From the NCBI GenBank assembly GCA_964497235.1, contig CAZCCJ010000009.1:2701-66700 (forward strand): a stretch of 64,000 nucleotides of DNA, given 5' to 3'. The translations under genes were made by a program, and so were the position numbers. A model generated the notes under the pieces. The model had not been told where the DNA came from. It worked only from the letters and a program-made list of their open reading frames with translations, and searched no databases. This document shows, piece after piece, positions 38,682 to 48,281 of this stretch. This stretch comes from an uncultured Staphylococcaceae bacterium. GTDB taxonomy: Bacteria; Bacillota_I; Bacilli_A; RFN20; CAG-826. The number at the start of each line of letters is the position of its first letter. The stretch's first letter is position 1.

Positions 38682-40472
38682 ATGATGCCTCTATCCAACA
38701 ACATCAGCATAAGAATGTCTGGCTATCCAGGCGAGCTTATTTCAATCATCATCCAAGACGAATATTTGGATGCGGATAAATATCGCCTTTTCGTGGACCA
38801 ATTCGCTCTTCATAGCGATTCGAACGGCTCATGGCGAGGCGAATATTGGGGCAAGTTCGTCCGCGGCGCATGCGCTTGTTATAAAGCGAAGCCATCGGCC
38901 AAGCTATACCGCACCATCGAAGATTCGGTCTTCGAGATGGCTGCTCTATTGGAAGAGGACGGAACCCTTTCTTCTTATTCGAAGGAGGAGAGACTTTCCG
39001 GCTGGGACGTATGGGCCAGAAAGTATGCGATGATTGGCTTCCTTAGCTATTTGGAGATTTCGCATAGCGAGAGCAAAAAAACGAAGGTTTTGGCTGTTTT
39101 AAAGAAGCAAGCGAACTCTTTTATGGCCAAAGTTGGCAAAGGGAGAAACAAGAAAGGCATTCTTGAGACCGCGAAGATCTATGGTTCTTTAGCCAGCGTT
39201 TCGATTCTCGGCGTTTACGTCGATTTATATTCGTTGACCGGCAGAAAGGCCTATTTGGATTTTGCCGAATACATCATCTCCACCAGCTTATCATCTACAG
39301 ACGATCTAGTAGAGAAGGCTTTGGAAGAGGACTCTTATCCATATGAATGGAATAGCAAGAAAGCCTATGAAATGTGCGCTTGTTTCCAAGGCTTATTGCG
39401 GTATGGAATAGTTACCAAGAAACAAAAATACATCGATGCCGCGATCGCTTTCGCGAATAAGGTCGTCGAAAGCGAATTCACGATAACGGGCGGAATCGGG
39501 ATGGAAACCGAATTCTTTAACCATTCGGTAGTCAAACAAACGGAAAAACCTTCCAAACCTGGCTTAGAAACGTGCGTGACCGTCGCCTTTATGGGATTCT
39601 TTGTTGATCTTCTTAATTATACGAAGGACGCCCATTATGCATCATTACTAGAGACGATGGGATATAACGCTTTATTCGGGGCGTTCAACGATTTGAATCA
39701 GACGATGGTTCTCTCCGAAGGAAGGGTGTGGGATCTCGAAGGCTATACGGTCGTCCCACATGAGAAATACTGCTTTGATTCCTATTCTCCTTTGGTGTCG
39801 GATAGGCGTTGCCAAGTGATCGGCGGTTTCCAAGTCATGCAAAATGGGAAGACATATGGCTGTTGCGCGGCGAATGGCGGATATGGGCTTGGGCTCATCC
39901 CTTCCTTTGCCATCCAGAAAGACGAAGAAGGTTATGTGATCAATTTCTATAGCTCTTTTGTTTCCGATAGCGTTCGGAACGAGAAAAACATACATATCGC
40001 CCTCAAAGCGAATCTTTACCAAAGCGGCAAATCCGTCTTGAAGATAAAAGGCCGAGGCGAGAAATTCGTCATGAGGCTTAGGATCCCTTCCTGGGGGAAG
40101 ATGTCTGTCTCGCTTAATGGAGAGCCGCTTAGCGGCTTAAAAGAAGAGAAGGGGTATCTCGTTTTGGAGCGCGAATGGAATGACGATGTCTTGGCAATTC
40201 GCTTCTCCCTTCCGATTGTTTCACATCGTTTGAACGACAAAGTTGCCTATACGAGGGGCCCAATCGTCTTAGCGGAAGATGCGAGGCTTGATGGATTTCA
40301 TGAGCCGTTGCCGAAGATAGCGAAGGGGAAACGCATCAAGAACGACGTCTTCAAAAATAATCTCACGGTCGAATTGTCTTCCGGAGACAGGCTATGCGAC
40401 TATTCTTCGGCCGCCAAAAACATGGACGATCCCCATTCCGGGCTTACGGTTTGGGCACTTATAAAAGAATGA
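38682..40472 (+). CDS. GH127-like beta-L-arabinofuranosidase-family glycoside hydrolase
   Basis: WRGEYWGK, ITGGIG..E.F, ETC, CCAAN (Zn-binding Cys), RIPSW, RGPIVLA. Confidence 0.85.
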   Translation: MMPLSNNISIRMSGYPGELISIIIQDEYLDADKYRLFVDQFALHSDSNGSWRGEYWGKFVRGACACYKAKPSAKLYRTIEDSVFEMAALLEEDGTLSSYSKEERLSGWDVWARKYAMIGFLSYLEISHSESKKTKVLAVLKKQANSFMAKVGKGRNKKGILETAKIYGSLASVSILGVYVDLYSLTGRKAYLDFAEYIISTSLSSTDDLVEKALEEDSYPYEWNSKKAYEMCACFQGLLRYGIVTKKQKYIDAAIAFANKVVESEFTITGGIGMETEFFNHSVVKQTEKPSKPGLETCVTVAFMGFFVDLLNYTKDAHYASLLETMGYNALFGAFNDLNQTMVLSEGRVWDLEGYTVVPHEKYCFDSYSPLVSDRRCQVIGGFQVMQNGKTYGCCAANGGYGLGLIPSFAIQKDEEGYVINFYSSFVSDSVRNEKNIHIALKANLYQSGKSVLKIKGRGEKFVMRLRIPSWGKMSVSLNGEPLSGLKEEKGYLVLEREWNDDVLAIRFSLPIVSHRLNDKVAYTRGPIVLAEDARLDGFHEPLPKIAKGKRIKNDVFKNNLTVELSSGDRLCDYSSAAKNMDDPHSGLTVWALIKE

Positions 40473-40488
40473 TTGGAGGATTTGAATC

Positions 40489-42675
40489 ATGAGCAAAAGA
40501 AAAAACGCCTTAATGCTTGCTACGTTAGCTTGCGCGATGCTGATTTTGCCTTCTTGTTCTGTAACACCTATTGAAAGCGATTCCACTTCGGATAGCGAGG
40601 TCCAAAAAACATATTTCGCGATTTCTTTCTCGGCTGGAGAAGGGTGCGTGATAAGCCCGCTTGAAGGATATGATCCAAACAAAGTCGAGCAGGGGAAGGA
40701 TTTCCGTTTCAGAATCTCCACCCAAGAAGGTTATAGCGTGACTGAGGTCTTCATCGATTCAAGCGGCTATTCTTTATTGCCTGACGAAGATGGCGTCTAT
40801 TCGATATCCAACATCAAAGAGAACATTACGATCGCTTGTTCCTCTTCCGTCAATCTTTTCCGCCTTGTCTTCTCTTCTGGCAATTTCACGGTGGCTCCTT
40901 TGGGAGAGGCGAATCCAAATAAAATCCCTTATGGGAGCGATTTTAGTTTTACTTTGACCCCGAATGCGCATAACAAGATCGTCAAAGTCGCTTATCAAGG
41001 CGAGGATTTGACACCGGATTCCGAAGGCGTTTATACGATTAATGCCATTAAGTCATCGTCTTTCGTCACGATTTTAGCGGAAGAGAACACCTATAAGATC
41101 GTTTTACCTTCGCAAGAGAATTTCACGATTGAAATGGCCGATACGACAATTGATTTAGACAAAGTTGCCTATTCGAAGGAAGTCAAATTTAAAGTGACGC
41201 CGAAGAAATACCATCAAGTCGACTCGGTCAAGATTGGCGATCTCACCTTGGAAAAGGGAACGGATGGCTATTACGTCATCAAGAATCAGGAAAGCGACGT
41301 GAATGTCGCTGTATCCTCTTCCATCATCAGGTGCAAAGTGACTTTCGATAGCAATGGTGCTTCGCCGATAGATTCAATTACGCAAGATGCCGGAACGACT
41401 TTGACGGAGCCGACGGCGCCAAGCAAGACTTTAAGCGATTATTATGATTCCGTCTCATTCGAAGGATGGTATTCGAAGAACGGCAAATACGATTTCTCTT
41501 CGTTATTGGAAGGGGACACCGATTTGGTGGCTCATTACACCTATGGAAACGCTAAGAAAGAAATCGTCAACAATTTTGCCTCATCTGATTTTACGTTAAT
41601 TGAAGGGGCGAGTATCTCGACTGACTTCAAAGCTAGTTTTAATAAGGCTACATGGAGCAAGTATAAAGGCGATGCGACCGCTTTGGCGCAGCTACAGTCC
41701 GATTTCGGACGAACCGTGGATGATGGCGTCATGATTCATGCCGGAGCCAATGATGGATCAGGCTTCACGATGCCGGCGATAAACTTCAAATCATTGCTCC
41801 AAAATGGCAATGTCATCTATATGGAATCCGGAGCCTTCAATAACTGGAACAACGTGACGCTAAATGGCAAGCGAGTCCTCTATAATAACGGCGATTCGTC
41901 CGTCCAAGTCGGCACCTCACTAAGGAATATCTTGATTTCGTTTAAGCTTGGAAGCGATGGCAAAGTCATGGCGTATTTTAAGAATATCCTTTGCAATACC
42001 CCGTTTAATTGCGCGAGCGACCCAAGTTCCGAAGTCGCTTTGACGGATGCTCAGGCAAGTGGCGCGGAAGGCCTTACTTTCCTCTTCGCGCAAAAGGGCG
42101 ATACGAGGTTTTATTGGTTCTCTAAGCCCTATATCGTTAAAGCGGAAAGGCAAGTCGTCGATTTCTCTTCGCTTAGTGGGTATACCTTAACGAACGCGAC
42201 GTCTAAGACGGCTGAAAAACTCGCCGTCCAAAGTTCCAAAGACGGCATGATGGTGGCTTGTAATGGTGCATCGCTTGATAGCAAGAGCGTTCTCGCCCTT
42301 AATCCAATCGATTTCTCTGAATATTTGGAAAATGGGGAAGGTCTTCGTTTCACCATCGGAACGAACGCCAGCCAAGACGAGATAGCGTTGCTAAGCGGCG
42401 AAAACGAAATAAGCCTTGGCAAAAATGGCATTTCTCCTGATAGTGAGACCAGTGAGACACGTGAAGAGATGGGAAAGACTTGGCAAAATTGGCAATTCGA
42501 TATCTCCAAAGCCGGCCTCTTCGTAAGCAATCAAAACGAAGGAAAGGAATATTTCGTTCCTCTTTCGTCGTCGGTGCTTTCTGGTCAAGAAAGCCTTAAG
42601 ATACGTCTTTCATCGTCTTCCGAAAGCATCGATAAATCATATATTGTGTCAAATGTCGTGGCTTATAAGGCTTGA
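40489..42675 (+). CDS. Lipoprotein with bacterial Ig-like repeats, InlB B-repeat-like domain and duplicated unknown C-terminal domain
   Basis: Lipobox ILPSC; three ~72-aa repeats (GY...V....GVY.I.NI); C-half collinear with 14477-16099. Confidence 0.7.
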   Translation: MSKRKNALMLATLACAMLILPSCSVTPIESDSTSDSEVQKTYFAISFSAGEGCVISPLEGYDPNKVEQGKDFRFRISTQEGYSVTEVFIDSSGYSLLPDEDGVYSISNIKENITIACSSSVNLFRLVFSSGNFTVAPLGEANPNKIPYGSDFSFTLTPNAHNKIVKVAYQGEDLTPDSEGVYTINAIKSSSFVTILAEENTYKIVLPSQENFTIEMADTTIDLDKVAYSKEVKFKVTPKKYHQVDSVKIGDLTLEKGTDGYYVIKNQESDVNVAVSSSIIRCKVTFDSNGASPIDSITQDAGTTLTEPTAPSKTLSDYYDSVSFEGWYSKNGKYDFSSLLEGDTDLVAHYTYGNAKKEIVNNFASSDFTLIEGASISTDFKASFNKATWSKYKGDATALAQLQSDFGRTVDDGVMIHAGANDGSGFTMPAINFKSLLQNGNVIYMESGAFNNWNNVTLNGKRVLYNNGDSSVQVGTSLRNILISFKLGSDGKVMAYFKNILCNTPFNCASDPSSEVALTDAQASGAEGLTFLFAQKGDTRFYWFSKPYIVKAERQVVDFSSLSGYTLTNATSKTAEKLAVQSSKDGMMVACNGASLDSKSVLALNPIDFSEYLENGEGLRFTIGTNASQDEIALLSGENEISLGKNGISPDSETSETREEMGKTWQNWQFDISKAGLFVSNQNEGKEYFVPLSSSVLSGQESLKIRLSSSSESIDKSYIVSNVVAYKA

Positions 42676-42693
42676 TTTATAACTATGACAAGC

Positions 42694-42722
42694 AAAAAGG
42701 CTGGTATTATCCAGCCTTTTTT
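42694..42722. terminator. Bidirectional intrinsic terminator
   Basis: aaaaaggctgg-tattat-ccagcctttttt between convergent genes. Confidence 0.9.
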
Positions 42723-42738
42723 CAGTTATGACGGAAAA

Positions 42739-44175
42739 CTAGTCTATATGGTCAGCCAAATATATAAGACGCCCTTTTCTTGGCTTGCCGTTGTCTTTTA
42801 TGTATCGCAAGAGAAACAGTTCGTTTACGTCCTTTTTTACTGAACTTAGCGATTCGTCGATTTCAGCGGCGATGGCGGGCACGCTTATGCCTTCGGGATG
42901 CAAAACTAGGCAAGAGAGAATTTTGTTTTTTCTACTAGACGACGAACTGCTAGAGGCGGTTGGCGTAAATAGGAGAGTTAACTTTGTAAAACGCCCGTCC
43001 GAAGTGGTTTCTAAGATTGGATCGGGATATTTGTTCTTTTTCATGACGGAAGCGATGGTTGGAATGCCGAAGCCTGAGCGTTCCGCCAAATTGAGCGCGC
43101 GGAAAAAGGTCATTATCGAGGAATTCCTGACGATGGATACGCCGCCTCTTAAGGCTTGATCTTTGTCTACCAACATATCGCCGCTGTTTCGGAAACTTAT
43201 GCGATCCGGATAGGCTTGAACGAGGGTTCCGCCATCTATGAGCATGGACATATTCGTCAGCGAATTTATGAGCGCTTCGGAAACGGCATCGTAAATGGAG
43301 CTGCCATCATCATTAGCTCCGTTTTGTTCTCTTCGGAAAGCATTGGGAAGCCTGTCCTTTAAGGAACCCATGACTTTCAAATAAAAGGAAAATATGTTGC
43401 CACTAAAGGAAAAGTCATCGCTCGCGACCCTTTCCTCCCAACGTTCTTTCCCGTTCGCGTATCTTTGATAATCCAAGTGGAAAGATGGAAATAGCCTTAC
43501 GATATCGGCATATTGCCCAAAGAAGGCGATTGCGCCGTTAGTCAAAGCGCAGTTTTTATTGTTGTCATAGATTAAGGCGCCGATTCTTTCAAGCAATTGT
43601 TCATCGTTAAGTTCCAAAAGAGGGCTATTAGGCCGGTTATTGGCCAAAAGCGTGCGGAAATCACGCAGCGTGTCTTTGTCTAGCCGTTCAATCCCTAAAC
43701 CAAACGAATTGGGTTTGCCATCGAAATGAGTCAGCTCTTTGTCTTCCAAAAACGAAAGAATCTGGTTTTTACTCATCCTTTGATCGGCCTCTCCTAGACG
43801 AAGGTACGATTGATCGAGAATCCCGTTTATATAGACGGGCCTTTCCGGCAATGGAGCTTTTTTCACATGGATTCTGATGACGTTTCCATCGTTTGTCTCG
43901 ATTAGTTCCACGTCTTTGTCGCTTATTAGATTGCAACTGCATTTAGATTTGTTTTGCACGGCTTTGATGAAGTTGGCAACCTGTTGTTTTGGGTTATCAA
44001 CGCCGACGATTTTATGTGGCGAATCGTTGCTGATGCCCAAATATATGTCGCCACCATCCGTATTCGCGAAAGCGGAATACGTTTCGAATAGGGAATCCGA
44101 CAAATTCTTTTTTGAAGCTTTGAATTCAAGATGGAGACCTTCTTCTTGTTTCAGTATATCGGAAATATTCGTCAT
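42739..44175 (-). CDS. AlbA_2 (Schlafen-like) + HATPase_c_4 (RecG-C-like) + C-terminal wHTH protein
   Basis: LEFKAS..LFETYSAFANTDGGDIYLG; EALIN..; RN..I...F..L.LAERSGFG; C-terminal HTH. Confidence 0.85.
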   Translation of the reverse strand: MTNISDILKQEEGLHLEFKASKKNLSDSLFETYSAFANTDGGDIYLGISNDSPHKIVGVDNPKQQVANFIKAVQNKSKCSCNLISDKDVELIETNDGNVIRIHVKKAPLPERPVYINGILDQSYLRLGEADQRMSKNQILSFLEDKELTHFDGKPNSFGLGIERLDKDTLRDFRTLLANNRPNSPLLELNDEQLLERIGALIYDNNKNCALTNGAIAFFGQYADIVRLFPSFHLDYQRYANGKERWEERVASDDFSFSGNIFSFYLKVMGSLKDRLPNAFRREQNGANDDGSSIYDAVSEALINSLTNMSMLIDGGTLVQAYPDRISFRNSGDMLVDKDQALRGGVSIVRNSSIMTFFRALNLAERSGFGIPTIASVMKKNKYPDPILETTSDGRFTKLTLLFTPTASSSSSSSRKNKILSCLVLHPEGISVPAIAAEIDESLSSVKKDVNELFLLRYIKDNGKPRKGRLIYLADHID

Positions 44176-44202
44176 AATTCGCCCCCCAGAACTATCATAG
44201 CA

Positions 44203-44258
44203 TATTTCGTCAACTTTTGAATTATTTCGTCAACTTTTGAATTATTTCGTCAACTTTT
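44203..44258 (-). repeat. Tandem repeat, 20 bp x ~3, overlapping the promoter of the AlbA_2 gene
   Basis: tatttcgtcaacttttgaat repeated; minus-strand TTCAAA-17-TATGAT (extended TG) overlaps it. Confidence 0.9.
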
Positions 44259-44366
44259 ATTCGGTCCATTGAGTGTGTTTTGCGTATTTTGAGTGACCTA
44301 TACACACCGCTAAGTGCGATGGGATGCGTATTTTAGCTTAGACGTTCGCTGCATTTTCGGATTCTC

Positions 44367-45053
44367 TCATTTCTCGTTTTCCTTCATACTTTTAATGAAA
44401 TCTTCCCTTTGCTTCTTGAATTCCTTTCTGTAGGACTCCGCTCCCTCTAAGAAATGATATACGGCGTTTATCACGGCGATCCATTTCAGATAATCGAACG
44501 ACCTTTTTAGTTTTTCGTCATCGAGCGATACGAGGTCGATGACGCGTAAATTGTCTTGCAAATCCATCATCTTCGCGATGGCGGATATTGGATTTCCTAA
44601 GCAAATGTCTATGTATTTTTCGTAATCTTGGCTCTTGTCGTGGGTGATGCGTTTCAATGCGTCTTTGATATATACGGCGAAGAAATCTTCGAATCCGCAT
44701 TCGGCATAGATGCTTTCGACGTCATCTATCGTGAATTCCGTGTCTTCGATCACGTCATGCAATAGACAGACTTCTTGGACGCCGGCGTAGGGGATTCCGT
44801 ATTTCGCCATCATGTCCTTGTCGATGCAGAAGCTATCGTTAGGGATAACGCCGACAAAGTCACGATAGTTCGTGAGCGCCCTTCCTGGGTGATTCGCATA
44901 TTCCTCGCCGTTTTCCCTTCTTTGGTTTCGATGGGCGTATTCCATGATCTCCATGGCCAAGTAGACGGTCGAGCAATCCGATTGGTCGATCCTTTCTTGC
45001 GTTACGCCGACGCTGAGCAAATATTCGTGTATTTTTTCTAGGTTCTCGTTCAT
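44367..45053 (-). CDS. HD-domain protein, RelA/SpoT hydrolase-like (small alarmone hydrolase candidate)
   Basis: YAHRNQRRENGEEYANHP, LLHDVIEDT, ITHD, AKMMDLQDNL. Confidence 0.75.
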   Translation of the reverse strand: MNENLEKIHEYLLSVGVTQERIDQSDCSTVYLAMEIMEYAHRNQRRENGEEYANHPGRALTNYRDFVGVIPNDSFCIDKDMMAKYGIPYAGVQEVCLLHDVIEDTEFTIDDVESIYAECGFEDFFAVYIKDALKRITHDKSQDYEKYIDICLGNPISAIAKMMDLQDNLRVIDLVSLDDEKLKRSFDYLKWIAVINAVYHFLEGAESYRKEFKKQREDFIKSMKENEK

Positions 45054-45380
45054 GAGATTTCCCTCCTTACGCGTTTACTATAGGAGAGAAGGCGAAAGAA
45101 AAGGTCAAACCGCATTTGACATTTTGATTTATGTTGACCGTTATGGGCAGCTTTAAGCCACCCGCTGTGCGTGCGAGACTCGAATAAGCGGTGGCGGTGA
45201 CGAAAGGGAAGTCATCCGAAGGTACAATCGCATTGTTCAGTTGCCCTTGCACCCGAGGCCTTTCCCTTGCCTTTTTATCCGTCAAAATAAGCGTTTATTC
45301 GCCAGAGAAACAAAACGCCTTTGCCAAGTTTCGTCAATTGGCCTATCTTAAAGCTGTTCACCAATTACGAGGTTAAATTT

Positions 45381-46022
45381 ATGGTCATCAATTTTCTAGG
45401 CGACTCCATCACCGAAGGCGCTTGCGCCGATTCCTCGGAGCACATCTATTCCGCGGTTTGCTGTTCCATTTTAGGGGCGAAAGAAGGGAACTACGGCTTA
45501 GGAGGCACCCGCATCGCCAGGCAAAAAACCAACGTCAATGGCAACCCCGACGAGGATTTCATCCTCCGCGCGAGATGGATGAATCCCTGCGACTTCCTCT
45601 TTGTCTTCGGGGGAACGAATGATTTCGGCCACGGGGATGCCCCGATGGGCGAGAAAGGGGACAGCACCTCCTGGACCTTCTATGGGGCTCTCAAATGCCT
45701 GATTGACTATCTTTTGGATGTCAAGAAACTCAGGAAAGAGCAGATTTGCTTCATCCTTCCAACCCTAAGATACAACGAGGATAACCCCCACGGCGATGGG
45801 ACCATCTACTGGTTAGATAAGCTTCCTTTGGAGAGATACCGCAAAGCCATCATCGACGTTTGCTCTGACTACGGAATCGAAACTTTGAGAATCCAATCTC
45901 TGCCCGTCCCGACGACAGATAAGCCGAGCGAATATTACCAAGACGGCCTTCATCCGAACACGAAAGGCCATCAGCTCCTTGGCGAAGAGCTTGCCGCCTA
46001 TCTCAAAAAGAAGGGTTTCTAA
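45381..46022 (+). CDS. SGNH/GDSL hydrolase (esterase)
   Basis: FLGDSIT, NYGLGG, GGTND, DGLHP..KGH. Start moved to ATG 45381. Confidence 0.9.
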   Translation: MVINFLGDSITEGACADSSEHIYSAVCCSILGAKEGNYGLGGTRIARQKTNVNGNPDEDFILRARWMNPCDFLFVFGGTNDFGHGDAPMGEKGDSTSWTFYGALKCLIDYLLDVKKLRKEQICFILPTLRYNEDNPHGDGTIYWLDKLPLERYRKAIIDVCSDYGIETLRIQSLPVPTTDKPSEYYQDGLHPNTKGHQLLGEELAAYLKKKGF

Positions 46023-46025
46023 GTT

Positions 46026-46060
46026 AGGCGTTCCCCAATAACCGAGGGAACGCCTTTTTT
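46026..46060 (+). terminator. Intrinsic terminator
   Basis: aggcgttccc-N10-gggaacgcct-ttttt. Confidence 0.85.
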
Positions 46061-46083
46061 GTTTGGCGACGTCATTTGAAGGC

Positions 46084-46491
46084 TTAGACAATCATCGAGT
46101 CGGCGTACCCGTTGGCCTCAAGCAGCTCGTTGACCTTATATATATCGTAGATTTTGTTCTCGATTGCGTACCTGATTATTAATGCGTATTCATTCGAGGA
46201 TGCAAGCGTGTATCCGGCCTTCTTGAGCAGATATTTGCATTCGTGATTGTCCGCTCGCAAAGCGAAGACGAGCTTCAGGCAGACGTTTAGCGATGGATTG
46301 GAATTCCCCGAAACGATGGAGGAATATAGCTGACGAGAGACATTCGCTTTGTTATACAGATCTGCGGCGTTGGCGAAACCGTATTTGTTCATCAGGCAAT
46401 AAAGGTATTCGACAAACGACGAAGACCTTTCTTTGCTTCGCCTATGCCTTTTTATGAATTCTTGCAACGTTTCCATATATCGTTTTCTCAA
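46084..46491 (-). CDS. XRE-type helix-turn-helix protein
   Basis: ANVSRQLYSSIVSG..NPSLNVCLKLVFAL; LLKKAGYTL. Confidence 0.75.
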   Translation of the reverse strand: MRKRYMETLQEFIKRHRRSKERSSSFVEYLYCLMNKYGFANAADLYNKANVSRQLYSSIVSGNSNPSLNVCLKLVFALRADNHECKYLLKKAGYTLASSNEYALIIRYAIENKIYDIYKVNELLEANGYADSMIV

Positions 46492-46874
46492 TGCCGTTCT
46501 TTCGGATGGCTTTGGGCCGTCAAACGCAGTTCTTTTCCTATTTATTTTATACCACGTTTTAAGGTTTGTGGCAGTTCGCGAAGCGATACTGTGACCGCCC
46601 TTTTAGCTACGATCAAAATCAATAAATCCCGATATGGCGGCAAAATTTCTATGAATTTTATAATGTTTTTGTCGTTGATTTATTATGAAAGAGCCCGTTT
46701 TAGGAAATAAGGCCGGTGGAGAAAGCTAACGGAAACGACGAAAACGCAAAAAATCACAATGAGGGAATAGCGTTTTTGTCTATGAACGCAAAAAACGAGT
46801 TTAAAATGATTGAGAAGGGGAGAGGACCTTCGCTTTGCGAACCTCGGCCCATGCTTTAAGAAGGAAAAAGAACT

Positions 46875-48092
46875 ATGGATAAAGTGTCGAAATACATCAA
46901 AGAGAATTGGACTAAGACCTTTCACCCGGCAAGCGAGCTGGCGGGGGAAGTGAAAATAAACCATCCCTATGTCTCGCCCTGCGCGACCGAGCACTACACG
47001 GAGATGTTCTACTGGGACACTTATTTCATCAACATCGGCTTGATGCTTGATGGCTACGCCGAGCAGGCGAGAAACAACATAGACAACATCGCCCAGTTCA
47101 TAAATGCGCTTGGCTTCATGCCCAACGCGAATTACATCTTGGATAGATCCCAGCCTCCGTTTTTCACCCGCATGGTCTATGAGTATTACAAAAAGACGGG
47201 CGACATGTCGATTGTTCGCGACTACATCGCGACGATTCTGAAGGAATATGACTTTTGGCAGACGAAGAGGAAGAACGCGATCGGCTTAAATTCCTACGGC
47301 ACGCACGGCAGCAAAGAGGAGATATTGGCCAACTACTCTTGGCATCATGGCAGGGTCCTTGAAGAAAGCGATAACGAAGAAGACCAGATTCGCATCGGCA
47401 AAGACATCATGGCGATCGCCGAAAGCGGGCTTGATTTCAATATGCGTTTCAAGACAAAAGAGAGCAAAATAGACGCGCATAAGTTCTCCCATCTGGATCT
47501 GGATTGCTTGCTTTACGACATGGAGAGGAAGACCGCGGAACTACTAAGGCTACTTGGCCGCGATGATGAGGCGGATGCTTTTGATGGCAATGCCGCCAAG
47601 CGCAAAGAGCTGATGAACAGGTACTATCTCACGAAAGATGGGATCTATCTTGACTACAACATGGAAACGGGCGGGCATTCCGAAGTTCTTTCTGCGGTGT
47701 CGCTTTATCCCTATACTTTCGGGGTTTCGAACGATAAAGAAGGAGCGATCAAGGTTTTGAATAGGCTTGAGCTCGAATATGGGCTTTCCGCTTGCGAGAA
47801 GCGTGAGGACACCGTGTTCTACCAATGGGACTACCATTACATGTGGCCGGCGGCGACTTGCCTCGCTTATATGGGGCTTAAAAACATCGGCCTTGATGAT
47901 GACGCGAAGCGCATCGCGACCAAATACGTTAATGTCGCCAGAAAGATATTCAGCGAAACGGGTAGGCTTTGGGAAAAGTACGATGCCTTGACGGGTGAAA
48001 TCGCCGTGACGAGCGAATACGCCACGATGCCGATGATGGGCTGGACCGCGGCCGTTTACCGTTATTTCGTGGAAATGGAAGGGATCGATTGA
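46875..48092 (+). CDS. GH37 alpha,alpha-trehalase-like (cytoplasmic)
   Basis: EMFYWDTYF, RSQPP, AESGLDF, QWD, LWEKYD, MMGWTAAV. Confidence 0.85.
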   Translation: MDKVSKYIKENWTKTFHPASELAGEVKINHPYVSPCATEHYTEMFYWDTYFINIGLMLDGYAEQARNNIDNIAQFINALGFMPNANYILDRSQPPFFTRMVYEYYKKTGDMSIVRDYIATILKEYDFWQTKRKNAIGLNSYGTHGSKEEILANYSWHHGRVLEESDNEEDQIRIGKDIMAIAESGLDFNMRFKTKESKIDAHKFSHLDLDCLLYDMERKTAELLRLLGRDDEADAFDGNAAKRKELMNRYYLTKDGIYLDYNMETGGHSEVLSAVSLYPYTFGVSNDKEGAIKVLNRLELEYGLSACEKREDTVFYQWDYHYMWPAATCLAYMGLKNIGLDDDAKRIATKYVNVARKIFSETGRLWEKYDALTGEIAVTSEYATMPMMGWTAAVYRYFVEMEGID

Positions 48093-48258
48093 TCTTTGCT
48101 TTAAACATAGACGAGGTAAAAAACGTTTTAGAAAATTGATGATGAACATACATGAATTTCTAACGGCCTGATCGCATAAGCATTCAGCTTAAGCTTATAT
48201 ATTTTTATCATTCGACATTCAAAAAGCCCGGTCGATGAAAGTCGGGCGTTTCAACGAG

Positions 48259-48281
48259 TGGTGCGGGCAATATGGCTCGAA
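48259..48281 (-). other. tRNA 3'-end-like fragment (putative att scar), followed by a terminator at 48221-48251
   Basis: Minus strand TTCGAGC-CATAT-TGCCCGC-A-CCA is in T-loop/T-stem/acceptor/discriminator/CCA register; no matching 5' tRNA half upstream. Confidence 0.5.

Noticed and set aside
45160-45200. Group II intron domain V or riboswitch
   Set aside because: The tcgcacgcac segment is suggestive, but the catalytic-triad 5' strand and any RT are absent; no riboswitch consensus recognised.
46743-46800. aacgcaaaaaa repeated twice upstream of the GH37 gene
   Set aside because: Only two low-complexity copies; chance is likely in an A-rich promoter.
48259-48281. Intact tRNA gene
   Set aside because: Only the 3' 23 nt fit; there is no T-stem 5' strand, anticodon arm or D arm upstream.
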